This document shows positions 1-8,837 of a stretch of DNA of 64,000 nucleotides, piece by piece (position 1 is the first letter of the stretch; each line of letters begins with the position of its first letter). The DNA is taken from NCBI GenBank assembly GCA_021813945.1, contig JAKAJD010000001.1, positions 9,744 to 73,743 on the forward strand, in the 5' to 3' direction. The notes under the pieces were generated by a model, which was not told the origin of the DNA, ran no database searches, and saw only the letters and a program-made list of their open reading frames with translations. Both the position numbers and the translations under genes were made by a program. The DNA comes from a bacterium (lineage in GTDB: Bacteria > Patescibacteriota > Microgenomatia > Curtissbacterales > GWA2-41-24).

Positions 1-2283
1 CATTTCTTCACAATTGTCGACGAAGCAGACTCAATCTTAATTGATGAGGCCAGGACTCCTCTTATAATTTCCGCTCCATCCCAACAGGCAACAGAAAAAT
101 ATGTGACGTTTGCAAAACTTGTAAACGAACTTTCAAAAGACACGGATTATGTAATAGACGAAAAACTAAAAACGGCAAACCTCACGGAACATGGAATTAC
201 AAAAGTAGAAAAACGCTTGGGTGTTGAAAACCTTTACGAAAAAGATTTTGCATCGATCCACCACATTCAACAAGCACTTCGCGCAAGAACCTTATTTGCA
301 AAAGACAAGGATTACGTTGTTAAAAGCGGAGAAATAGTAATAGTTGACGAATTTACGGGCCGCCTAATGCCAGGCCGCCGCTGGTCCGAAGGATTGCATC
401 AAGCGATTGAAGCAAAAGAAGGCGTCAATATCCAAAAAGAATCCCAAACCCTGGCGACAATTTCATTTCAAAATTATTTTAGGCTTTACGAAAAAATTGG
501 TGGCATGACCGGGACTGCTGCAACAGAAGCGGAGGAATTTTTCAAAATTTACAAACTCGACGTTGTTGTTATTCCCACAAACAAACCTACCATCAGAAAA
601 GATTCCGCCGATGTCGTTTACAAAACTGCCAAAGCCAAATTTACTGCCGTTGCCAACGACGTTTCCGAAAAACATACAAATGGCCAGCCGGTTTTAATTG
701 GTACAACATCTATTGAAAAGAACGAGTTTTTGGCAGGTCTTCTTAAAAGAAAGGGAATTCCCTATCAAATGTTAAACGCCAAAAACCACCAAAGGGAAGC
801 CGAAATTATCTCGGCCGCGGGCATTAAAGGCTCGGTAACGCTAGCGACAAACATTGCCGGCCGCGGTGTTGACATCATCTTAGGCGGGACTCCGCCAACC
901 GACAAACTAGGCCGCCCGATTACAAAGGGAAATGAATATGAAAAATGGAAGAAAAACCATGAAGAAGTCATAAAACTTGGCGGTCTTCATGTCGTCGGTA
1001 CGGAAAGGCACGAAGCCAGAAGAATCGACAACCAGCTCAGAGGCCGATCCGGAAGACAGGGCGATCCGGGGTCCAGCCGCTTTTACGTATCTCTGGAAGA
1101 CGACATTATGCGCCTTTTTGGCGGTGAACAAATTTCAAAGATAATGACGGCTTTCAAATTACCGGAAGATACTCCAATTGAGCACACCATGGTTTCAAAA
1201 GCCATTGAAAATGCCCAGGTTAAAGTTGAAAGCCATAACTTCGACATCCGAAAACAGTTAGTAGAGTATGACGACGTAGCCAACCGCCAAAGGGAAATCA
1301 TCTACGGTAAAAGAAGAGAATTTTTGGAAATGGCTCAAAACCAGGAATCTCAGGAGAAAGTTAAAGACCAGATTAAAGATAAAATCGATGCCGAAATTGA
1401 AAATTTAGTGCTGATGCATTCACCTGAAGGTGCGTCAAAACCTCAGCATGAAGAAATAGTAAAGGAGCTGTCGACAATAATTCCTTTCGACGACACATCG
1501 CAAGGCCATCTTCTATCCGACGCTCAGAAAATTTCCGATCCACAAAAATTGACAAGTTTTTTTAAAGAGGTAGTTGATAAAACCTACAGCGAACGCGAAA
1601 AATCACTTGGAAACGTAGTTGCCAGAGATATTGAAAAATTTGTTAATCTTTCCGTTATCGACACTTTATGGATTCAGCATTTGGATACCCTGGACGATTT
1701 AAGGGAGGGTATTGGTCTTCGAGCTGCGGGCCAACGCGATCCGCTTGTCGAATATAAGCAGGAAGCGTTTAGTTTGTTTGAAAAGCTTGTCGCCAGTATT
1801 GATTATGAAGTTGTCCACAGACTTTTTAAGGTCCAAGTACGCGAACAGCCAACAATAGAACAGGTAGAGGAAAGGGGCGTCGAAGTACATCCCCAAGCAA
1901 CTTTAACATCAACGTCAGCCGAATCGTCAGCCTCTTCTAGCGATAAAAACCCAATGGAAATGTCAGATGCCGAATTAGACGCCGAAATTGCCAAGCTCGA
2001 AAAACAGAGTACACATCAACAGTCAACAAATAATGTCCAGTTTACAAAAGACCCTAACGAAATGTCGGACGACGAATTAGATGCAGAAATTGCAAGACTG
2101 GAAGCTCTCGAGTCAAAAGGCCAGTCCCTGGCAAGTATTGCCGAAAATCCAATGGAGCAAGCCCTAAAGAAAAACCATCCTCTTCGAGTTGAAAAAATAG
2201 GCCGTAACGACCCTTGCCCTTGTGGCTCAGGCCTAAAATGGAAAAAATGCGGCCTAATCGGTGCCCCAGAACATAAAAACTAG
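1..2283 (+). CDS. secA: Preprotein translocase ATPase SecA (5'-truncated by window edge)
   Basis: Frame open from base 1: [19 protein letters not shown], then [38 protein letters not shown] and C-terminal [11 protein letters not shown] (SEC-C). Confidence 0.98.
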   Translation, partial: HFFTIVDEADSILIDEARTPLIISAPSQQATEKYVTFAKLVNELSKDTDYVIDEKLKTANLTEHGITKVEKRLGVENLYEKDFASIHHIQQALRARTLFAKDKDYVVKSGEIVIVDEFTGRLMPGRRWSEGLHQAIEAKEGVNIQKESQTLATISFQNYFRLYEKIGGMTGTAATEAEEFFKIYKLDVVVIPTNKPTIRKDSADVVYKTAKAKFTAVANDVSEKHTNGQPVLIGTTSIEKNEFLAGLLKRKGIPYQMLNAKNHQREAEIISAAGIKGSVTLATNIAGRGVDIILGGTPPTDKLGRPITKGNEYEKWKKNHEEVIKLGGLHVVGTERHEARRIDNQLRGRSGRQGDPGSSRFYVSLEDDIMRLFGGEQISKIMTAFKLPEDTPIEHTMVSKAIENAQVKVESHNFDIRKQLVEYDDVANRQREIIYGKRREFLEMAQNQESQEKVKDQIKDKIDAEIENLVLMHSPEGASKPQHEEIVKELSTIIPFDDTSQGHLLSDAQKISDPQKLTSFFKEVVDKTYSEREKSLGNVVARDIEKFVNLSVIDTLWIQHLDTLDDLREGIGLRAAGQRDPLVEYKQEAFSLFEKLVASIDYEVVHRLFKVQVREQPTIEQVEERGVEVHPQATLTSTSAESSASSSDKNPMEMSDAELDAEIAKLEKQSTHQQSTNNVQFTKDPNEMSDDELDAEIARLEALESKGQSLASIAENPMEQALKKNHPLRVEKIGRNDPCPCGSGLKWKKCGLIGAPEHKN
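1948..2103 (+). repeat. Two-copy ~18-codon intragenic repeat in SecA C-terminal tail
   Basis: [18 protein letters not shown] (1948-2001) and [18 protein letters not shown] (2050-2103). Confidence 0.85.
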
Positions 2284-2294
2284 CTGCTCTAAGA

Positions 2295-2300
2295 TATAAT
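2295..2300 (+). promoter_or_regulatory. -10 box, probable leaderless promoter of prfB
   Basis: TATAAT followed by 6 nt then ATG 2307; no SD. Confidence 0.6.
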
Positions 2301-2306
2301 TCACCT

Positions 2307-3383
2307 ATGGAAATAAATCAGAAAATAGACGATCTAAAAAGCCGTTTTGTGCAAATCACTGCAAACTTCAACCGCGAGGAAAAACAAAAGGAGGTCAAAG
2401 ATCTCCAAAACCAATCAGCAGAGCCCGGTTTTTGGCTGGATCAACAATCAGCTCAAAAAACGATGAAGCGAATTGCAACTCTCACAAATGATCTTCAAAC
2501 TTTCGAAAACCTTTCGAAAGAACTTGAAGATCTGGCGGGAATGGTAAATCTGGTCCAAACTGACCCGTCACTTCAGCTTGAGATCGAGAAGGAACTAAAA
2601 AAAGCCGAAAAAGAGGTAGAAAGTTTGGAAATAAAAATGTTTTTGTCCGCTCCATACGATGCCAACTACGCTATTCTTTCAATCCATGCGGGCCAAGGAG
2701 GAACAGAAGCTATGGATTGGGTGGAAATGCTCTCCCGAATGTATCAGAAGTTTTTTTCCTCAAAGGGCTGGGATTTCGAAGTCATTAACGAAATTCCTGG
2801 GGAAGAAGCCGGTTTTAAAACCGTCACAATTGTCATTCACGAAGATTATGCATACGGACTCCTGCGCCGTGAAGCCGGTGTACATCGGCTAGTTCGCCAA
2901 TCCCCTTTTAATGCGGCCAACCTTCGCCAGACATCCTTTGCACTTGTCGAAGTTGTCCCAGAAGTCGACGATATGCCAGAAATAGAAGTGAAACCTGACG
3001 ACATTGAATTTGAAGCGTTCCGCTCCGGAGGCCACGGCGGCCAAAACGTTAATAAAGTCTCAACAGCGGTTCGTCTCAAACACAAGCCAACAGGAATAGT
3101 CGTCACTTGCCAAACTCAGCGTTATCAAGCACAAAACAGAGAAAACGCCCTCAAGCTTTTAAAAGCCAAATTGTGGGCACTTAAGCAATCAGAACAAAAA
3201 GAAAAAGAAGCAGAAATAAAAGGCAGCCATATTACCCCCGGTTGGGGAAATCAAATACGCTCTTACGTTCTTCACCCGTATAAAATGGTAAAAGACCTAC
3301 GTACAAACTACGAAACCTCAGATGCAACAGCAGTTTTGGATGGCGATTTAGAAGAATTTGTTAAAAAAGAGATCTCGCTTTAA
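2307..3383 (+). CDS. prfB: Peptide chain release factor 2, no programmed frameshift
   Basis: SPF anticodon-mimic motif (RQSPF), [18 protein letters not shown]; continuous ORF. Confidence 0.97.
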   Translation: MEINQKIDDLKSRFVQITANFNREEKQKEVKDLQNQSAEPGFWLDQQSAQKTMKRIATLTNDLQTFENLSKELEDLAGMVNLVQTDPSLQLEIEKELKKAEKEVESLEIKMFLSAPYDANYAILSIHAGQGGTEAMDWVEMLSRMYQKFFSSKGWDFEVINEIPGEEAGFKTVTIVIHEDYAYGLLRREAGVHRLVRQSPFNAANLRQTSFALVEVVPEVDDMPEIEVKPDDIEFEAFRSGGHGGQNVNKVSTAVRLKHKPTGIVVTCQTQRYQAQNRENALKLLKAKLWALKQSEQKEKEAEIKGSHITPGWGNQIRSYVLHPYKMVKDLRTNYETSDATAVLDGDLEEFVKKEISL

Positions 3384-3390
3384 ATAAGTC

Positions 3391-3420
3391 TTGCCCATTT
3401 TTAAATTATGCTGATATAAT
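3391..3420 (+). promoter_or_regulatory. sigma70-type promoter with extended -10
   Basis: TTGCCC-18 nt-TATAAT, preceded by TGa; ATG 12 nt downstream. Confidence 0.6.
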
Positions 3421-3432
3421 ACCTTCAACTTA

Positions 3433-3915
3433 ATGGATCCACAAACTCTACCAAACCAACCTATTCAAGAACGCCAAACGATACCTTTAAAAAGCAAATC
3501 AAAAGGAGGAATAATTTCCAAGCTTGTACCGCTGATTGTCGTAGTCGTAATTGTGGCTGTGGGAGTTTTTTCGGGACTTATTCTTTCATCTAGAAACAAA
3601 TCGAGTCAAAAAATAGCCTCTTCGGCTTTGCAAAACCAAAAAGATTTACCTCCCGAAGTGCAAAAATCTTTTAACCAGACTTTTAAAGACCAAGCAGAAG
3701 GGGTTATTCAAAAAAATGACCAATTCGACAAATACGCTCAAGGCACCCACAAACTGATAAGGCCCGGCGGAGAAAGCCAAACAGCGTACCTTACCTCATC
3801 AGTTTTAGATCTTAACGAGTTCAATGGTAAAAAAGTTAAAGTTTACGGGGAAACTTTTGGCTCCTCTCAAGTTGGCTGGCTTATGGACGTTGGAAAAGTA
3901 GAAGTAGAGCAGTAA
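3433..3915 (+). CDS. Hypothetical single-pass membrane protein, first gene of the ftsEX unit
   Basis: One hydrophobic helix (LVPLIVVVVIVAVGVFSGLILS) then a small beta-rich domain; 16 nt upstream of ftsE. Confidence 0.75.
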   Translation: MDPQTLPNQPIQERQTIPLKSKSKGGIISKLVPLIVVVVIVAVGVFSGLILSSRNKSSQKIASSALQNQKDLPPEVQKSFNQTFKDQAEGVIQKNDQFDKYAQGTHKLIRPGGESQTAYLTSSVLDLNEFNGKKVKVYGETFGSSQVGWLMDVGKVEVEQ

Positions 3916-3931
3916 AAAAAGGCACTGCCCC

Positions 3932-4618
3932 ATGATAGAATTTATATCTGTTACCAAAAAATATCCTAATGGCGCACTTGCGCTAGATGACATTAACCTA
4001 AAAATTGCCGATGGCGAGTTCATCTTCATAGTTGGGCCATCCGGTGCGGGCAAATCGACCCTTTTAAAGCTAATCACCAGAGAAACATCACCAACGTCCG
4101 GAACCATACTATTAAATGAGGAAGATATTTTAAAAATTCCGAAAAACAAAATACCGGTTCTTAGAAGAAGAATCGGGACAGTTTTTCAAGATTTTAAGCT
4201 GCTTCTGACAAAAACAGTATTCGAAAATGTCGCTGTACCTCTCGAGGTTTTAGGTTATAAAGAATCAGAAATAGAGAAACAAGTTTCCGAAGCATTAGAT
4301 AAAGTAGGCCTGCTGGAAAAAGCGAACAGCTTCCCGCTTCAGCTTTCGGGGGGAGAAGTTCAAAGAACCTCAATTGCAAGGGCGATAATTTCAAAACCGC
4401 AAGTACTTTTGGCAGACGAGCCAACAGGTGATTTGGATCCTAAAAATTCCCTGGAAGTGGTAAGTCTTATTGAGAAAATAAACAAGGAAGACAAAACAAC
4501 AATTTTGATGGCAACGCACAATGCTCAAATAGTTAATCATTTCAAAAAGCGTGTAGTAAATCTTAAAAAGGGTAAAATAGAATCGGACGTTAAGGAGGGC
4601 AGATATGAAGCAGCCTAA
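3932..4618 (+). CDS. ftsE: Cell division ABC ATPase FtsE
   Basis: Walker A GPSGAGKS, VFQDFKLL, LSGGE, LLADEPTG, ATH; adjacent to ftsX. Confidence 0.93.
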   Translation: MIEFISVTKKYPNGALALDDINLKIADGEFIFIVGPSGAGKSTLLKLITRETSPTSGTILLNEEDILKIPKNKIPVLRRRIGTVFQDFKLLLTKTVFENVAVPLEVLGYKESEIEKQVSEALDKVGLLEKANSFPLQLSGGEVQRTSIARAIISKPQVLLADEPTGDLDPKNSLEVVSLIEKINKEDKTTILMATHNAQIVNHFKKRVVNLKKGKIESDVKEGRYEAA

Positions 4619-5477
4619 AGAAGCTATAAAGCTTATAAGAAGAAGTCCGTATCAAGCTCTTGCGGCAGCCTTGGCAATGTCATTAACGTTTTTTGTCTCA
4701 TCCGTTTTTATTTTACTCATAATAGGAGGCCAGATAGTTTTAAATTACATCGAGCAACGGCCTCAAGTTATTGCTTTTTTCAAAGATAACGCGACTCAAT
4801 CCCAGATAGCGGATTTAACTTCAAAAGTCCAAGCAACCGGCCTGACAACAAGCATCAAATTCGTTTCAAAAGAAGAAGCTTTGGCGATCTATAGAGAGCG
4901 AAACAAAAATGACCCTTTGCTTTTAGAATCCGTAACTGCGGATTTTCTGCCTGCGTCAATTGATATCTCTGTTAAAAAAGCTCAAGATATTCAAACGATA
5001 ACGAGCATGGTTCAACAAGACTCGCAAGTTGAAAGAGTCATTACCCCCCAAAACTTAGTTGACCAGCTGGTAAAGTGGACCAAAACCATACGAGTTGGAG
5101 GAATTGTTTTTGTCTCCACACTGTTGGCCGTATCCTTCCTTATAGTAATAATGGTTATCGGCATGAGAATTGCCATACGTCGCGACGAAATAGTCATCAT
5201 GAACCTAGTCGGTGCGACCAAATGGTATATCTCAAGGCCATTTTTTATAGAAGGCGCAATTTATGGTGTTGTTGGCGCCACTGTCGCCACATTTTTTGTC
5301 TACTCACTCCTTCTCTTTTACTCACCGAATATTCAACAATTTTTAGGTCCAATTCAAATTTTCCCAATATCGCCCTTATTTTTTGTGTATTTATGGATTG
5401 CAGAAGTTCTTGCAGCCGTTTCAATTGGCGTAGTTGGGGCAGCCATAGCCCTTTTCAGGTACTTAAGGATCGAATGA
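4605..5477 (+). CDS. ftsX: Cell division permease FtsX
   Basis: 4-TM layout, VSKEEAL, RRDEIVIMNLVGAT..I.RPF..EG motif; SD AAGGAGG upstream. Confidence 0.93.
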   Translation: MKQPKEAIKLIRRSPYQALAAALAMSLTFFVSSVFILLIIGGQIVLNYIEQRPQVIAFFKDNATQSQIADLTSKVQATGLTTSIKFVSKEEALAIYRERNKNDPLLLESVTADFLPASIDISVKKAQDIQTITSMVQQDSQVERVITPQNLVDQLVKWTKTIRVGGIVFVSTLLAVSFLIVIMVIGMRIAIRRDEIVIMNLVGATKWYISRPFFIEGAIYGVVGATVATFFVYSLLLFYSPNIQQFLGPIQIFPISPLFFVYLWIAEVLAAVSIGVVGAAIALFRYLRIE

Positions 5478-6667
5478 GAAGATTTTTAATCTTAATCGTT
5501 CTGCCTGTCATATTTTTTGCGCTCAGCTCACAAAAAGTTTTTTCAACAGAGCTTAGCGATTGTGACAAGGACAGTATTCCCCAGGACAAAGTTGGTGAAT
5601 GTTTAGAGATTCTTTCTAAAAAGGTCAGTGAGTTGGGAAATCAAAAAAAGACCCTTTCAAACCAAATCTCCCAGTTTAACAGTCAAATTCAAATAACCCA
5701 ACTCAAAATTGCTAATGCGGAAGCAACCCTTTCCAAACTAGAAGACGAAATTAATGTTTTGGGCTTTAGAATTGGTTATGTTACAGGTTCTATCGACAAA
5801 CTTGAAACGCTTGTGAAAGAAAGGATAGTTGCAACTTATCAGGAAAGCTTCGTTTCAAACTTAGAACTAGTGCTTTCATCAAACGGCTTTTCAGATATAG
5901 TCCTAAGGTTGCAGTACCTCAAACAGGTCCAGGAAAACGATAAGCGTATCCTTGCAAGCTTGCAGCAAACAAAATCAAATTACGCAAACCAAAAAGATGA
6001 AAGGCAAGAAAAACAAGCAGAAATAGAAGCCACAAAACAGCAACTTTTAGGCCTAAAAACCAGCCTTGATTCCCAAAAAGCCGAAAAACAGGCGTTTTTA
6101 GAAGTCACCCAAAACGACGAAGCAAAATATCAACGTCTCCTGGCACAAGCTCAAGCAGAACTTGCAGTAGCCTTCGGTGGGGGAACCGAATCATATCTTC
6201 GGGATGTTAATGTTGGTGATTCAATTGGCTCTATTGCAGTAAGATCAGCAAGCCCAGGCTGTTCAAGTGGAGCCCACCTTCATTTTGAGGTACACAAAAA
6301 TGGCTCCATTCAGGATCCTAATAATTATCTAAGTTCACACAGTTTCAGCTACAGTTATTCGCCCGACCAGTACTCTGTCTACGGCACAATAAATCCTCAT
6401 GGAGACTTACCATGGCCACTAAATGACCCCATCATGATTAATCAGGGATTTGGTACTTCCCACAGTTACGCTTCTTTTTACGGCTCGTCAGGTCATACCG
6501 GGATTGATATGGAATCCTCAGATTACACGGTAAAAGCAGTCAAAAAAGGCAAACTGTATGCAGGTGCCTTTTCTTGTGGAGGGGCATATCCCGGAACTCT
6601 TTATTATTCCAGGGTCAAAAGCGACGATGGAATCGACGTCCTTTATCTTCACATGATTCCCAGGTAA
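5474..6667 (+). CDS. Secreted coiled-coil murein hydrolase (EnvC/PcsB/CwlO-like position) with circularly permuted M23 domain
   Basis: True start ATG 5474 (ATGA overlap with ftsX stop), signal peptide, long coiled coil, then HLHFEV, WP, HTGID, YLHM motifs. Confidence 0.85.
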   Translation: MRRFLILIVLPVIFFALSSQKVFSTELSDCDKDSIPQDKVGECLEILSKKVSELGNQKKTLSNQISQFNSQIQITQLKIANAEATLSKLEDEINVLGFRIGYVTGSIDKLETLVKERIVATYQESFVSNLELVLSSNGFSDIVLRLQYLKQVQENDKRILASLQQTKSNYANQKDERQEKQAEIEATKQQLLGLKTSLDSQKAEKQAFLEVTQNDEAKYQRLLAQAQAELAVAFGGGTESYLRDVNVGDSIGSIAVRSASPGCSSGAHLHFEVHKNGSIQDPNNYLSSHSFSYSYSPDQYSVYGTINPHGDLPWPLNDPIMINQGFGTSHSYASFYGSSGHTGIDMESSDYTVKAVKKGKLYAGAFSCGGAYPGTLYYSRVKSDDGIDVLYLHMIPR

Positions 6668-6670
6668 ACA

Positions 6671-6699
6671 TTGACACCACAGTTCAAAAACCATATTTT
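6671..6699 (+). promoter_or_regulatory. sigma70-type promoter
   Basis: TTGACA-17 nt-TATTTT, 9 nt before GTG 6709. Confidence 0.55.
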
Positions 6700-6708
6700 A
6701 AATATGAG

Positions 6709-7539
6709 GTGAAAAAGCTTTTACTGCTGGTTTTTTTTCTTTTACTCTTGCCCAAAAATGTTAATGCGTCCGATGTAAAACTCAATGAAGTGATGGCAAA
6801 CCCTTCATCGGGTCAGAATGAATGGGTGGAGATTTACGCTCCAGGTACAACCAATTTAGATGGTTATTACCTCCAAGATAAAAACGATCATGACAACAAC
6901 AAGACCACAAAAACATTAAATAGTGCTCAACACTGTGGGGATTATTTCGTTTACGAATATTCAGGAGATGGATGGCTTAATAACACTTCAGACGAATCTC
7001 TTTTTCTGTACGACAATAATAATAACTTAGTAGATTCTCACGAAAATTGGCAAGCAGCTCCTGAAGGAAAAACTGTCGGGCGTATCCCTAATGGTTCTGG
7101 TGAATGGAAACAGACGAAAGAACCGACTAAATGTAACCCGAATATCGAAGATACCTCTACGCCAACTCCTGGCCCAACATCAGATCCGGGATCTACAGCA
7201 ACCTCAACTCCGACACCTACTCCAACTCCCAAAGCTTCTCCAACCCCCACGCCAAAAGTTACGCCCAAACCATCAGCAACTCCTAAAAGCGGGTCCCCAA
7301 GCGCCAGCCCTGCTGTACTTGGCGATCAAACACAATCACTAATCGCCTCAGGTGCGGGCCTTCTTGATACCAGCACTCAAGCCCAAGACGGGTTCCAAAA
7401 AGGTCCCAGTAAGCTGGTTGCTGGAATCCTTGTCATCTCTGGTACAGGCCTTATTCTCCTTGCACTCGGCTTTCACTTTTGGTACCGCAAAATCAACAAA
7501 GGCAAAATTCTCGAAACAAAAGACCCATTCCAGCTTTGA
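6709..7539 (+). CDS. Lamin-tail-domain surface protein with Pro/Thr/Ser linker and C-terminal TM anchor
   Basis: GTG start gives signal peptide KKLLLLVFFLLLLPKNVNA; LNEVMANP..NEWVEIY, LNN..E.L.L.D and GRIPNG LTD motifs; (TP)n linker; C-terminal TM plus basic tail. Confidence 0.8.
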   Translation: MKKLLLLVFFLLLLPKNVNASDVKLNEVMANPSSGQNEWVEIYAPGTTNLDGYYLQDKNDHDNNKTTKTLNSAQHCGDYFVYEYSGDGWLNNTSDESLFLYDNNNNLVDSHENWQAAPEGKTVGRIPNGSGEWKQTKEPTKCNPNIEDTSTPTPGPTSDPGSTATSTPTPTPTPKASPTPTPKVTPKPSATPKSGSPSASPAVLGDQTQSLIASGAGLLDTSTQAQDGFQKGPSKLVAGILVISGTGLILLALGFHFWYRKINKGKILETKDPFQL

Positions 7540-7542
7540 TTG

Positions 7543-7551
7543 TGTTAAGAT
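7543..7551 (+). promoter_or_regulatory. Extended -10 for tsaE operon
   Basis: TGtTAAGAT, 9 nt before ATG 7561. Confidence 0.4.
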
Positions 7552-7560
7552 TCCCAAACA

Positions 7561-7989
7561 ATGCAAATAAAATCTAAATCACCTAAAGAAACACAAAAAC
7601 TTGGTCAAGAATTGGCAAAAAAACTAATTGGCGGTGAAGTCATAGCCTTATTCGGTGATCTGGGATCGGGAAAAACCATTTTTGTCCAAGGTTTGGCAAA
7701 AGGCCTAGGTATTAAGCGCAAAGTTACATCTCCAACATTTGTTTTTATGAGGCAGTACCCTTTTTCTATAAAAAAATTCCCCATGACTTTTTATCATTTA
7801 GACTTATATAGAGGTCAAAACGATCAGGATTTCGAAGCATTAGGTCTTGAAGAAATTTTTGCGCCGGATACTATAGTTGTTTTAGAATGGGCCGAAAAAA
7901 TAAAAAAAGAACTACCCAAAAAGCGCATAGAAATAAAGATCGAAAAAGTAAATGACAAAACAAGAAGAATCTCTATCGCAGGAAATTGA
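7561..7989 (+). CDS. tsaE: t6A biosynthesis ATPase TsaE
   Basis: GDLGSGKT, VTSPTF, HLDLYR, EWAE. Confidence 0.95.
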   Translation: MQIKSKSPKETQKLGQELAKKLIGGEVIALFGDLGSGKTIFVQGLAKGLGIKRKVTSPTFVFMRQYPFSIKKFPMTFYHLDLYRGQNDQDFEALGLEEIFAPDTIVVLEWAEKIKKELPKKRIEIKIEKVNDKTRRISIAGN

Positions 7990-8518
7990 AAAAGCCGTTG
8001 AGGTTTTAAAAAAGGGTGGGGTTATAATTTTCCCGACAGATACGGTTTATGGAATGGGTTGTCGTTTCGACAATAAAAGTGCGATAGCAAGAATTAGAAA
8101 TATAAAAGGTTCCAATCAAGAATTCCCGCTTCTCATCTCAAACATCGACCAGTCCCACCATATTGTCAAAATAAATGACGTTGCCAAAAACCTAGCGCAA
8201 AGATTTTGGCCGGGAGGCTTAACCATAATCGTCGAAAAAGCATCTGGTTTAGGGAAAATTGGAATCAGAATTCCAAGCCATAAAATTCCACTTACATTAA
8301 TCGAGAAAATTGGAGTTCCCATAATTGGCACATCGGCAAATTTCCACGGCCAAAAATCGCCAACCTCATACGAAGATTTAGACAAAAGGCTTATTTCGAT
8401 GGTAGATTTTGTTGTTCATGGCGAGTGCGATAAAAAAATCCAATCTACAGTTGTGGATTCAACCACATTGCCAGTAAGAATCCTGAGGAGGGGAGCAGTT
8501 GATGTCAGCAGTTCTTAA
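7952..8518 (+). CDS. tsaC: L-threonylcarbamoyladenylate synthase (TsaC/YrdC, short form)
   Basis: FPTDTVYG, FWPGGLT, GIRIP, TSAN, STVVD, ILRRG. Confidence 0.93.
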   Translation: MTKQEESLSQEIEKAVEVLKKGGVIIFPTDTVYGMGCRFDNKSAIARIRNIKGSNQEFPLLISNIDQSHHIVKINDVAKNLAQRFWPGGLTIIVEKASGLGKIGIRIPSHKIPLTLIEKIGVPIIGTSANFHGQKSPTSYEDLDKRLISMVDFVVHGECDKKIQSTVVDSTTLPVRILRRGAVDVSSS

Positions 8519-8831
8519 AATTGACACAACTGAAAGGGAAAAAGTAGTAGTCGAGCTTAGAATTGGCACAAAAGTTAAGGATCAAATTTCCTCAACTCAA
8601 GAAAAAGGTTCGCAAGTTCTCCTGCCAATGATTGTTAAAATCTTAAACAGAAATAATCTAAAGTTCTCGGATATTACATCAGTCGAGGTGAACCCTGGCC
8701 CCGGCTCTTTTACAGGGACAAGAGTTGGCGTATCGGTAGCAAACACGCTTGGGTACGCACTAAATATTCCTGTGAATGGCAAAAAAGGTAAAATAGTAGT
8801 GCCAGTTTACGAAAAAAGTAAATTCGACTGA
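8502..8831 (+). CDS. tsaB: Half-length TsaB-like protein (N-terminal domain only)
   Basis: L.IDT, GPGSFTGTRVGVS.AN motif, ~109 aa, directly after tsaE-tsaC. Confidence 0.8.
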   Translation: MSAVLKIDTTEREKVVVELRIGTKVKDQISSTQEKGSQVLLPMIVKILNRNNLKFSDITSVEVNPGPGSFTGTRVGVSVANTLGYALNIPVNGKKGKIVVPVYEKSKFD

Positions 8832-8837
8832 ATAAAA

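Noticed and set aside
103-105. GTG start of the 726-aa ORF
   Set aside because: Frame is open to base 1 and encodes the SecA DEAD motif upstream; the gene starts before the window
5075-5473. 133-aa N-terminal extension of the M23 ORF
   Set aside because: Overlaps ftsX in another frame with non-protein-like composition; ATG 5474 gives a signal peptide
6574-6708. N-terminal extension of the lamin-tail ORF
   Set aside because: Overlaps the upstream gene and the promoter; GTG 6709 yields the signal peptide
7038-7342. GV-repeat antisense ORF and Gln/Leu-rich alternate-frame ORF
   Set aside because: Shadows of the Pro/Thr linker codons
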